DNA of 64,000 nt from Felis catus (lineage: Eukaryota), in contig NC_058369.1 in the NCBI RefSeq assembly GCF_018350175.1, forward strand, positions 1,242,001-1,306,000, given 5' to 3'. Position numbers and translations under genes: made by a program. Positions 23,061 to 36,552 of the stretch are shown here, in pieces. Every line of letters begins with the position of its first letter. The first letter of the stretch is position 1. The notes under the pieces were generated by a model. The model had not been told where the DNA came from, made no database searches, and saw only the letters and a program-made list of their open reading frames with translations.

Positions 23061-23649
23061 AGCACCTCCCTTTGCCCTGTCTTGGTTTTGGACGGTCCCC
23101 ACAGCAGCCCCGGGGCGGGGGGAGGGGGGAGGGCGTCGTCCCGTCTTGGACACGCCCCTGTGGGTCCCCAGTCTGGTCTTTTCCCCCCCGACACGCACCC
23201 AGCTGCATCACCCAGCCCCTATCAGCCCTCCGGGGAAACCCCACGCGATCGATTGCATGCGTTCCGGCAAACATGGGGACACAGGGCACCCCATCTAAAC
23301 GCCCCCATCCTCCTCACTTCCCTGTCTTCAAGCTCTCACCTCCTGCCCCCCCCCCCAGATGGCTCTCCTTGCTGGATGCACAGAGAAACCCCAGCCCTCC
23401 CGGGCTCCTGCCCCCAACCCGGTCAGGACCCACCCGACGGGAGCAGCAGAAGCCCGGGAGACAGCCCTGCAGGTGACATCGGGTGACACAAGGACGCTGC
23501 TGGACAGGCTGGAGACCGGTCGGGAGAACTCGCTGCAGGCAGAGACCTCCCCCCACCCGACCCCCCCAAGCGTCAGGAAAACCGTTATCACCACCCCCCA
23601 GGGCAGGCACCATAAATGTCTACATTTAGTTAACTTAAAACTTCTTTAA

Positions 23650-23860
23650 GCAATGTTTTAAGTGTTTATTTTGAGAGAGACCGGAAGAGACCGAGCAGGG
23701 GAGGGGCAGAGGGGGAGGGAGAGAGAGAGAATCCCAAGCAGGCTCCGCGCTGTCAGCACAGAGCCTGATGCGGGGCTCGAACTCACGAAACTGTGAGATC
23801 ACGACCTGAGCCGAAACCAAGAGTCGGACGCTTAGCAGACTGAGCCAGCCAGGCACCCCC
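23650..23860 (-). mobile_element. Can-SINE
   Basis: Reverse SINE body. Confidence 0.92.
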
Positions 23861-26109
23861 ACATAACACATTTTTTAAAACAAATATATTTTATGTGTTT
23901 TCGTTCTGGGAAATAAAATAGTACTGGATATGCCGCAAATATTTGCTGCTTTTATTAGAGAAAGAAAGGCAGAAAGGAGGGACAGAGGGAGGTGTCCTGA
24001 GGGACAAGACAGAGAGAGAGAGAGACGGGGCACAGGCAGGCAGGGGAGGCCGGACTGTAAAACACGGGGAAGGAGTGTGTGCTCTCAGGGCTCTGCGGCC
24101 CCAGCTGTGCATGCTGCTTGTTTGCATGGAGGCAAGTGACTTGACCTCTCTGTGCCTCAGTTTCCCCATCCGAAAACTGCGTCCTCCTCCCTGCTTGCAG
24201 TGCCTGGAATACCCACTCTGGCCCCAAATACAGGGCCGGGAGCTCTCCGTTCCCACTGGGTCTTTGTCCCCTGCTCTGCCCTTCACTCTAGGGTGGGGGT
24301 CCAGGGGACACCCCCAGATGTCACCCATTGCTGTGGGGTGTGTTACCCTGGGTGGCCATCACAGGGTGTGAACCCCCAAGGAACCGCACCAGCGAGGGAT
24401 AAAGGTATGGAAGACAGGTCACACCCTGCCTGGTCCGTGACACCCCTGCCCCACTATCCAGATGGGGCAAAGTGAGGCCCCGGAGGGCAAGCCAAGCTTC
24501 ACACGGAGGCGCCCCAGTCAGTTTAGATGGGGGGGGGGGCGGTCCAGAGACCTCACTCATTCAACCTCTCCCTCCACCAGCATTTATCGAGTACCGACTG
24601 TGTACCCAGGGCTCAGGATGTAAGGACTGAGAACGCAGGAACTGGGGACCAACCCCAGACAGTGCAGAGGCCTGAAAAGGGAGGGTTTGGCCGGCTGGAG
24701 GGTTTCTAGCTGGAGACCCACCAGCCCTGCCAGGCTCCATACATTGAAACCAAATGAGAAGAAACACATGAAAGCATTTAGTTCCTCATGTGTATTGACC
24801 ACATTTCACTCAGCGGCCGCACGTGGCTGGTGGCCGCTGTCTTGGGCAGCTCAGAGGGAGAACGTGTCCGTCATTCCAGAAAGTTCCGTCAGAGGCCCCC
24901 AGCTCGACAGTCCAGTCTGATGCATTTCTATTTCCAAAGGAGAAGAGAGGGGAGGGAGTTCCTGGAGCTAATCAGGGCGCTCTTGCTGCAGCCCGGGGCG
25001 GAGGGCAGGAGCCACCTGGAAATCGGGACTCTGCCGCCAGCTGCGCTGTAGCAAAGTCGGTGCTGGTTGCGACATTGTAACACAGTTTTGCAAAATGTTA
25101 CCACTGGGGGAACCGGGCGCTGCTTGAACGCCAGAATCTACAACTGTCTCGGGAAGATCCTGGGGACCCCGTGTTTGGAGCCCCTAAGGTTTTGTGCCCA
25201 GGAGAGGCTCTCGCTCACCTGTCCTTGGTCCTGGCTCCTATTTGCAGGGCTGAGTCACTGAGCTGATGACCTTGGGTGAGGAGCGACCAGGGCTTAGACC
25301 CGCAAGCTTCGGCGGCCCTGGCACCTTCAGGTGCCGCCAGGAACGTGCTGATAGAACACTGACAGAGCCGTGCTCCGCCCGTATGTCTGTGACTCTGTTC
25401 TGGGGACCTGCCAGCCTCAGGCCAGGTGCTCTCCCCGAGGGCCTCGGGCGCGAGCGTCCTGACCCCCGAGCCAAGGCTGCGGCGCTGGGCAAGAACCCCG
25501 TCCTCCCCCACCCTTGTTGGTGTCCCCGCCTCCTGCTGCTTCACAGGGGGTCGCAAAAAGGAAACTGAGTCGGGGGGAGCTGGAGCCATTACCGTCACCT
25601 TCCATCTGGGGAAACTGAGTCCTCATGGGGGAAATGATGGACGTGACAGGAACCCTACAGCATCTTCCCGAGGTTGCCATAAACCCCGAGCCCCGCGTGG
25701 GGAGGAGGAGTGAAAGGCCCGGGTGACCGAGGGCATGTGTGCAGGCAGCCGCGTGCTGGAAACGGGCAAGGCCGATGGCCCACCTCGCGGGGTGTCCCAG
25801 GCCCTGGGAACGCAGTGCCCTGCCCCCCTCACCCTGGCTTACCCCATCCAGGCAGGTTCTTCCTCACGTCTGACTCGATTCCATAATGTTCTCTTCTGGC
25901 CTTGCCCAACAGCAGGACCGGCGAGCTGGGGGTGGGGAGGGGTGGGGTGGGGGCACATGGAGAGCTCGGCCTGGGCACTGGTGACAACGACAGGGACAAA
26001 GCCTGCAGGCGTCCCCAGCTCTGAGGGAGGTGCCCGTGTGCCCCCCACCTTGGGGAGCTAAATTGCTCCCCGATGCAGCCCACCCGACACAGACTTGCTC
26101 TGCTCATCT

Positions 26110-26365
26110 TTTTAACTTAAATTGAGGTGAAGTTTCCGGAACAAATCGGTGCTGTGTAGTACATTCACCGTGTTGTGCAACCATCACCGCTGCCTAATTC
26201 CAGAAAGTTCCATTGCCCCAAAAGGAAACACTGTCCCCATCGGCAGTCACCCTCTCTCCGTCCCCAGCCCCGGCCCCCACGAGCCCCCTTCCTGTCCGTG
26301 GATGAGCCTGTTCTGGACGTTTCACACACGTGGACTCGCACACCACGTGGCCTTTTACGCCTGGC
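26110..26365 (-). mobile_element. L1MB-type 3' end, GC-shifted (copy B)
   Basis: tagtacattcaccgtgttgtgcaaccatcacc...taattccagaa...ccccaaaaggaaac. Confidence 0.75.
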
Positions 26366-26570
26366 TTTTTTTTTTTTTTTTTTTAAGGTTTTATGTATTT
26401 ATTTTGAGAGAAAGAGAGCATGAGCAGGGGAGGGGCAGAGAGAGCGCGCAAATCCTAAGCAGGCTCTGAGCTGTCAGTGCAGAGCCCGACGCGGGATTTG
26501 AACCCCAAACCGTGAGATCATCACCTGAGCCGAGGTCAGACGCTTAACCACCTGAGCCTCCCAGGCACCC
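26366..26570 (-). mobile_element. Can-SINE
   Basis: Reverse SINE body with poly-T. Confidence 0.9.
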
Positions 26571-28087
26571 AGTACTTTTTTTTTTTTTAAGTAAAATTTA
26601 TTTTTTAAAAAAGCTTTAGCTTTACAGAAAAACTGTGCAGATGAGGGTCTCCATGCGCCCGCCCAGCCCCCATTGCGCGCACGTAGCTCCAACGCGAGCC
26701 ACCGTCTCATGCAGTGCAAAGACCCTGGTCACAGACGTCACCTCCCTGGCGCCTCGGACGTGGCTGGCACCTCCTCTTTCTCAGGTGGAGGCGGGTGGGG
26801 CGCCACAGTCATCAGCCTGGGAAAGGCTCCTGGGTCCTCCAGCTTCAGGATTTTCCTGCCACTCCACGAGCGAGAGACGGAGAGAGAGAGACGTGGAAGG
26901 GGCGGGATCAGCCGGGAAGAAAACGCAACTCAACTCGTAGAACAGGCTGTACCTATGCCGGCCCGGCAGGGAGGGGGCAGGAGGGGGCAGGGAGAGGGCT
27001 TCGGTGAGGGTCGGCAGGGCTCCGACCCACCCACATGTCAGGCTGGGCCAGAGCCAGGGAAGGGGCCCAGAGGCACCGTGAGAGGGACTTGGTGGGGGGT
27101 GGCCCTGGAGGGGGCTGGTGGCGGTCCAGTCCTGGGCAGGGCAGCCATGGGGTCTCGGGGGAGGGCTAGGAGGGAACTGAACAAAAGCAGGGGTGGGGCC
27201 AGGCTCGGGGATGCCAGGTGGGGCAGGCTGTGTTTCTGAGCCCCGGGTCCCGGTCCCGGGCAGGAGGGGTGACCCACCAGCCTCTGCTGGCCCAGGGGAT
27301 CCTAGCGCCTGCCCCCTGGCTGGATCCTGAACACGGGACGCTCAGGGAGGGAAGCAGACACAGGAGCTCCAGGGACTGAGCCCGGCACACTCGAGGACCG
27401 GCCCCCCGCCCCACAGAGCCCAGGTCACCCGCAGCTCCCCCGGGGGGCTCATGCGCCCTGCTATCTCATCACCTCGCCTGGCTTCTCAGATGAGCCGGAG
27501 CACGGGGCAGCCCAGGCTGACGCCCCCTCCCCCCCCACTGGCTCCTGCCTCCGGGAAGCCCTCCCTGGTCCACTGCCTCCCTGCCTGGATCTGGTCAGCC
27601 CCGGCTATCCAGCACAAAAGCCTGCTTCCAGCAAGAATTTCGTGATGGCCGAGGGCCAGCCACACGGGACAGGCTGGAATTACCAGGTTTCGTTGGGCTG
27701 CATCGGCCAAAGGTAGCAGCCCCACCACCCCGGGCCGCTCGCCTCTGCGCACCCTCGGCTCCGGGACAGCAGAGGGCCGGGCCTTGGATGCGGGGACGTG
27801 ATGGCGTCCAAGAGCGGGCCAGCCTGGCCGCTCCCGCTTCGGTCCCGGGCAACTCTGGCTGTCCTCTCGGTCTGGCAGGGCCACCCACACGTCGGGAGGA
27901 AGCCGGGCCCGCAGCCGCCGCGGACAGACGAGGGTCCAGGCCCCCCGGAGCATCAGGCCAACCCCCTCGGCGCCTGTCCAAACCCCGGACTCCAACGGCA
28001 TCAGTGAGATCGACGATCGAGAAATGGTTTGGGGCTGCTCGTCACTCAACAGAAAACCAGGACGAGGACCCCCAAGTTTTTATGACT

Positions 28088-28093
28088 TTTATT
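28088..28093 (-). terminator. MKNK2: MKNK2 polyadenylation signal AATAAA
   Basis: tttatt on + strand ~2 kb after the stop codon, with a GU/U-rich element downstream on the minus strand. Confidence 0.75.
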
Positions 28094-28313
28094 AAATCCT
28101 TACAAAACAATACAAAAGTCCGGCATTGACGTTGGTGTAAGGAAAATGAGCTGTTACCGGGTCACCTGGTGCGGTGCAGTTAAAGTGCTTGATGTTTCCC
28201 CCCCACTTCTAAAAAACTTGAGTTTCTTTTTTTTTTTTTTTTGTCTTTTTTATACATCTGAACGTTGAAACGTTGCCGTTCCCCTCCCCCAGGGCCAAGG
28301 GCCGGGCGCCCAT

Positions 28314-28383
28314 TCACAGTAGCGGTTCTGACAGTCCTCTGGGCCACACTGTCCGTGTGACGGGGAGGAAGTGGCTGCCCCAC
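28314..28383 (-). CDS. MKNK2: Candidate MNK2b-type alternative last exon (R-WGSHFLPVTRTVWPRGLSEPLL*)
   Basis: Long T-tract acceptor ...ttttccccaaAG|GTGGGGCAGCCACTTCCTC in phase with exon 13; start resembles human MNK2b WDSHFL (from recall). Confidence 0.5.
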
Positions 28384-30051
28384 CTTTGGGGAAAAAAAAA
28401 AAAGCTCCTCACAGCTCAGCTTTCCAGAGTTAAAACGGCCACGGCACCCGCGGCAGGCGGGGGGTGCATTTCTTTTTTTACAAAAAGGCAGAATCCCCAG
28501 TTGCAAAACGTAGAATCACCGATGGGCGAGAAGCAGGGGGCGGGGCGGCCTTCTCCCCCCCCACCCCCCCCCCCCCCGGGGTCTTTGGAAAGGCCAGTCC
28601 ACAGATCCAGGCGGGCGGGGGACGGGAGGGGCAGTCAGTCCCCACCGGCCACCAGAGACTGCCACAGAAACGGCATGTGAGCTCCCCCAACCCACAAGGC
28701 CCCCCAACATTCAAGTATTCAAGAACAGGGAAGGGAAGTCAACCGATGTCTTTAAAAAACGAACAAAACGGGACGAACAACTAGAAGCCGGGGGGGCGAT
28801 CCAGGCCCGGCCTGCCGCGGAGTCTCGCCCAGACCCCAGGGCCAGGCTGCCCTGGTGGGGGGGGCTGCGGAGACCCCCCCCCCCCCACCCCCGGCAGAAG
28901 CACACGAACATGGAGAAAAGGGAAGCCTGTATTGCATAGTGTTTCCCACCCGAGGGAAGAGGGGGGTCAGTCGCCCCAAGCCCGGCGGTCACTCGACATC
29001 TGACCCCGGCGCCAAGGTGGGTAGAGGCGGGCACGGAGGTTCCTGGGTGCCCGGGAGGAGGCCGTGGCAGCTGTAGCCGTGTTCCTGAAGGTGGGCACGC
29101 AGAAACGCTGCCCTTGGGGGCGGGGGGCTTTAGCAGGACCCCTGGCTGGGCCCTGGCTCTGAGGAGGAGTAAGGGGGGGGTGGTGACAGAGCTTCCTCAC
29201 CAGACCCAGGGGTGACGGTGAGGGGCAGGACGTGGCCATGGTCAGACTGAGCCCTGAGAAAGGGCACTCCGGTGCCCAGGGTGGGGGTCTGAGGGACCCC
29301 CACGTTGGCTGACGGGCGCCTGTCCAACCCCTCCCACTTCCTCTGGCACCGCCCTCCTGGGTGGGCAGGGTCCCCCTTGGAGCGGGCAGGGGAGGGGGCG
29401 GCGAGAGCTTAAGGTCAAGGTTCGAGGGAGCCCCGATTGTCAGTCAGAGGCGGGGCCCGGCAGGCAGCCGTGATTCCCACCTGCCCGCACCCAAGCCCCC
29501 TCCGGCCACAAGGGAGACCTGAGAAGCCCCCACCCCACCAAGCGACCAGGGTGCTTCAGGGTGAGGGATTAAAGAGGTGCTGTGTCACCCCGGGGAGACG
29601 TGGGGGTGGCCCGTCCCTGCAAATACTGTGAGGGCTGGGGAAGGGGTGCGCTTCTGTGCCCCCAGCTCTGGAAGGCGACAAGTGCCCTCCTCTCCTGAGT
29701 CACATCTGGGCAGGGTGGGCGTGGGGCGTGGGGACCCTTCACAGTAGAGGTGCGTATCTGGGGGCTGGGACGGGACAAGCCCGGCGACACACCCTCCAAC
29801 CTCCTCCCCAGGTGCCTGCTTTGCTTTTAACACCTTTAAAGGGAAAAAAAACGGGGGTGAGACAGAAAAAAGAAAAAAAGCCAACAGCAAAAACCTCATA
29901 TAAAAAGAGCCCCCCCAACTGAGCTTAGCGCCTCGAAGTCCAGCCAGGGGAGGGCAGCCTGCTGGTCACCGGCTGGCAATAGCTTAAAAAACTTTTTAGA
30001 TTTGATGGGGGGGTAGGGGGGGAGTGACCTATGTACAGAGGGAGGGAGGGG

Positions 30052-30286
30052 TCACGCGTGGTCTCCCACCAGGACCACGGGGGCCGCGGACAGGCTGGCT
30101 CGCTGTCGCCTCTGGGCCAGCCTGCTCTGGGAGGGCGGCGACAGCCGCAGACAGCGCGCAGCTCGGACGACCACGGGCTGGCCCTGCTCCGCCTCCTCGG
30201 CCGCGTCCTCCTCCCGCTGGGCCAGCTGCCGGTTCATGGCGATGGCCTCAGCCGCAAATGACGTGAGCTCTTTGGCACAGCTGTTC
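30052..30286 (-). CDS. MKNK2: MAPK-interacting kinase 2, exon 14a (MAPK-docking LAQRR, stop)
   Basis: NSCAKELTSFAAEAIAMNRQL...SRLAQRRQRASLSAAPVVLVGDHA*; AG acceptor at 30287-30288. Confidence 0.96.
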
Positions 30287-30611
30287 CTGGAGACGGGGCG
30301 GTCACCAAGGAGGTGAAAGGTAGCTTCGGGGCCCGATCCCCTTGGGACCCCTAGAGTCTGTGCAGTACCTCGGGGGGAGGGGCTGCAGGCCCCAGGCATG
30401 CCCAGCCTCCCTGGGGGACCAGGACCCCCGCCAGGGGCCCAATCCATCACCATCACTGGTACGAGGACACCCAAGCGCTTAGATGGCTTTCCCAGCCCCC
30501 CAATTTAAAGACGGCTTGTCATTTTAATCATCTCAACATTAACCACCCCCGACTTGGGGTCACCCCCCCCCGCTCTCGGGCCCGAGACCCCCACCCCCCC
30601 ATGGGTCTTAC

Positions 30612-30655
30612 CTCTGCAGGACCATGGGTGTGGGCAGGGTGTTCTCTGGAGCGTA
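30612..30655 (-). CDS. MKNK2: MKNK2 exon 13 (44 nt)
   Basis: YAPENTLPTPMVLQR; AG / GTAAGA boundaries. Confidence 0.95.
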
Positions 30656-31119
30656 CTGTAAGGACAGGGGAGAGGCGGAGCTGAAAGCAGAGCCCAGCTG
30701 CCTTCCCGGGGCCCCGCTGGCAGCGACCGAGGTGAGGGGGGGTGTATCTGCTGGAGCCCAGCCAGGCCAGGGGGAGGGCAAGGCAGAAGCCCAGAGCGGT
30801 TCTCTAGACCCGCACCCTGCCCCCTCCCCCGCGCCCACAGGTCTCCCGGTGCCCCAGAAGGGGCTGGGAGCCCCTCCACCGGCTGGCCTTAACACCAGGG
30901 CCCCAGCCTTTGCTTCCTGTGGACTCCCGGTGCCAACGTCTGGTTAAGACTCCTGCCCGTGGGCCCTCCCTGCTCTGGGCAGGCAGCCTGGCTCGGGGCA
31001 CTGCTGGCCAGAGAAACGCCAGGCTCTTCCCGGCTTGCGGGTGGGGGGACAGGGAGCAGGACTGGGGTTGGCGGGCCCTGCCCGGGGTTTGCCACCTGCC
31101 TGACACCTGCACCACCTCA

Positions 31120-31587
<468 letters not shown>

Positions 31588-32087
31588 TCAGCTGCAGCCA
31601 ACTTACCCCAACATCCACACCGGCCTGGACGCAACGGGGTACATCGTGACGCTAATCGGTAACAAGCTGCCGTAGGCCCCAGACCCAGCCATGCAGCCTA
31701 ACCCGTGACCTGAACAGCTGGCCCCCAGACCGCAAGGGGGGGTGGGCAGGGGCTGCAGTGGGGGCCCTGAGGTCAGCTGGCGGGACCGGGGCCTCGGGGG
31801 GCCAAATGCCTGAGAGGAAAGCAGGCTGGACTAGAGACCTGGCCTCAGGAGAGTGCTCAGTGAACTCTGCCCAAGAGAAGCCAAGTAGCAGAAAGGCAAC
31901 TCTGGGCAGCCGGGCTCATGGGAGCAGAAGGTCACCAGGCTGAAACATGATCATCCCAAGCCCTAAATCTTAGTCCTGCCGGACGGCAGATTCCTGACCT
32001 CCAAATGCTTCCTCTCCTAGACCATAAAACCAAGGAGTCTGTGTAACCCCAGGAGCACCAGGCCAGCACTGCCCCGTGGTTGCATCA

Positions 32088-32477
<390 letters not shown>

Positions 32478-32710
32478 TCACGTGAAGGCCCCAACACTGG
32501 GTCACCTGAGCCTGCGGTGCCCGATGCCCAGCCTGGCCAATCAGAGACGGGCTGGGGGCAGGCCCCGCCCTCACACCCGCCCAATCAACAGGTGGCAGGT
32601 GCCCACCCGCCCAGCCACCCAATCAGCGGCAGGTGCTGGGAGCCCGCCCCTCCCCTCCCGCCCGCGGCCCCACCCGCCACTTTCCGCGGGCCAATCAGTG
32701 GCTGTTGCTA

Positions 32711-32944
<234 letters not shown>

Positions 32945-33047
32945 CTAGGAAGGGTGGGAAAAGGCGGTAAGGGAGGGGGGGACGGCGGTCCAGGCCAACC
33001 CGGCCCGGGCCCTGGCGCAGGGCAGGCGGTTCCCCGGCGCCCCTCAC

Positions 33048-33723
<676 letters not shown>

Positions 33724-34004
33724 CTAAGGCCCCTGTGCACCCACAGCCCAGCCCAGGAAGGGCCCACCCTTTCCACCCCCACCTGTGCACAGGAAGGCTG
33801 GGACCGGGGCCACGGGCCTGCTTCCACCTTGCCCACTCTGGGTTGCCTGCCTGACGCTGGGTCTTCCCCAGTGCACCCTGCACGGCCTCTGCTGCACACT
33901 GGATGCTCCCCAAATGCTCGCTGGGGGTGAGGAGGCATTCAGGCCCATTCACACACGGAAAGATGGCTAAGGGCCCGGTTCTGTGGCCAGGTGGGTCACA
34001 TTAC

Positions 34005-34084
34005 CTGTGTCCCTGGCACTGATACAGCATCTCCACCTCCCGGAAAACCCTGCTCCGAATGTGGCCAGGCTGCTTCTCGATGAT
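34005..34084 (-). CDS. MKNK2: MKNK2 exon 6 (80 nt)
   Basis: IIEKQPGHIRSRVFREVEMLYQCQGHR. Confidence 0.97.
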
Positions 34085-35954
34085 CTAAGTGGGGGGGGAG
34101 GGGCGGGCAGGAGACAGAGCAGTGGGTCAGCCAAAGCCCCTCCCAAAGCCCAAGGGGCTCCCACCAGAGACCTGCCCTGTGCCATGGCTGAGACCCCATT
34201 CGAGCTTAGACCTTAAGTTCTAAGCAGAGCTCTCCTCTTGCGGCCCAGAATTTGCCAGAAGTCAGAACTATGGCGTCAGCACAGGCTGGGGGGAGGGGGG
34301 GGGGGTTGCAACATGTTTCCCAAGTGGCATCAGGGGACAGACAAGCTGGACAAGAATGGCAGAAAGAGGAGGCGGGCCTGTTCCGCTCCTGACCCCACAG
34401 GCCTCGGGGGCATGTCTGGGGCCTGAGACGCCTGCAAAATGCCCCTTCAGGGTGTCAGCATCCCCTCCCTGCCTGGGAGACCGGTGGCCACTGTGCGGAC
34501 TCCCACACCACACAGGGGACTAGAGCGGCCTTGGGGTGCCTGGCTGCCAGCCAAGCCGTCCCTGCCCCCTTTGGTGCCAAGTCCCACCTCCCCTGTTCTG
34601 TGACAGTCTGGGCAGCTGCCACGGGCGCCCCTCAGCCCAGGCCTGTTTCATGCCAGCCCAGATTGGGCCTCCTGTCAACCAACGGGGACAGTCTCCCCGC
34701 GACTCCAGAGCCTCCGGAAGCCACCTTCTGCCCCAGATCCAGCCGGCACCTGGCAGCTCTGGGCCCACCTGCCTCCCGGATTCTCCCCGAGACACCTTCG
34801 CCCACAGAAGTGGGGGCAGAAGGTGCCAGCTGGCTCTCTCCGGGCCACCTCGGCCCCCGGGCACCCACTGGGAACGTCTTCCCAGGTTGGATGTTAGGCC
34901 CCTCTCACCGGGCAGGCGGGGCAGGCCCGGGGTCCCCTGCCCAGCGCGCCGGCCTGGAGTTGGGGAACACGGTGTGCCACCAGCTCGCCCCTGCAACAGG
35001 CAGGCATGGTGTCCGCGTGCTGCCGGGGCCCAGCCTACGTGCTGTCCCGCCTGTCTGGTGACAAACGCACCCGTGCCTCGGAGAGGCAGACCAACCAGAT
35101 GTCGGGGCCTCGTGACACAATGCCAGCAGCCATGCCCTCCTGAAGAACCTCATCCTACCCCTTGGGAATCTGGCCAGGACCCCACCTCGTGGAGGAAACT
35201 GCAGTCCCTCGGGGCAGAGGGATGACCTTACAGGAGGCCCAACAAGGTCTGACTCAGGCTGTCTAACCCCTCAGAGCCTCGTTCCGAACTGTCGAAGGGG
35301 CACAGGAGGCCAGGCTGCCCGACGGTCCTTAAGGGGAAAACACTCAGCGCGTGGCCTGTCTTGCAGAAAGCGCTCAAAGCTGAGCATCCAGTTCTCTGGC
35401 ACCATCACGCCGCCCGACCTGGAACTCACGGGGCAGGGACGATGGCCACTCTTGCCATCAGACTTCTACCAAAGCGCTGGGCTCTGGCCAGCCTCGCTCA
35501 CCGGGGAGCACCGGTCCTCATTCCTGGTCTGCCAGCCTCCTGTGACCCCCCCCCCCCCCACCCGGATGCAGGGTCACCAGGGAAGACCGGACAGTTTCTC
35601 GGAGCACAGGGCCGTACTGCCTGGCCAAGAGACACAGGTTTCGAGGCCACACCCTGGTCTCCCCAGATGCCAAGCCTCCCTGGGCCCCAAGGACGGCATG
35701 GCCTTTTAACCCTTGTAACCAACACGGAGAACCGCTTGTCGCTGAGGAGTGGCCTGGGGTGACCCAGCAGGCAAGAGCCAACTCTGACCGAAGCCCCCAG
35801 CTCTCAGGCGCCCTGGCACCAGGTCCTCAGCCACCTGTGTAGGGAGCGGCTCCTTATGGTCACTTCCTGCCCAGACTCAGGGGCTCAGAGCAGGCTGACC
35901 TAGATTCCCAGGGGTGGCCTGAGTCACTGGCCCTGGGGCCATTTTTAGATACTA

Positions 35955-36227
<273 letters not shown>

Positions 36228-36256
36228 CTACACCCCCACCTGTAGTCCTCACTGAC

Positions 36257-36358
36257 CTTCGAACCGGCCCGAGAAGCTGTCGGTGGCCCGGCACCGCTTT
36301 TTCTTCTTGCCCCTCTTCTTGGCGTCTGGGATGTCGATGGGCTGGCTGGCGGGCATAT
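36257..36358 (-). CDS. MKNK2: MKNK2 exon 4 (102 nt; polybasic eIF4G/importin-binding region)
   Basis: [34 protein letters not shown]. Confidence 0.97.
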
Positions 36359-36464
36359 CTGCACTAGGAGACCCAGAGGTGAGGCCCGCCCTGCTCAGCA
36401 GGCAGCCCCTGCTGCCCTCCCGCACCGGCCCTCCCGCACCGCCACCTTCCTCTCCGGCCCTCAC

Positions 36465-36552
36465 CAGGGCGGGCGGGATGCTCCAGGCTGAAGTCGGTCT
36501 CCCCGAGGTGGGTCTGGTCTAGGGAGAAGGCCAGCTCGAAAGGGTTCTGCCC
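36465..36552 (-). CDS. MKNK2: MKNK2 exon 3 (88 nt)
   Basis: [29 protein letters not shown]. Confidence 0.95.
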
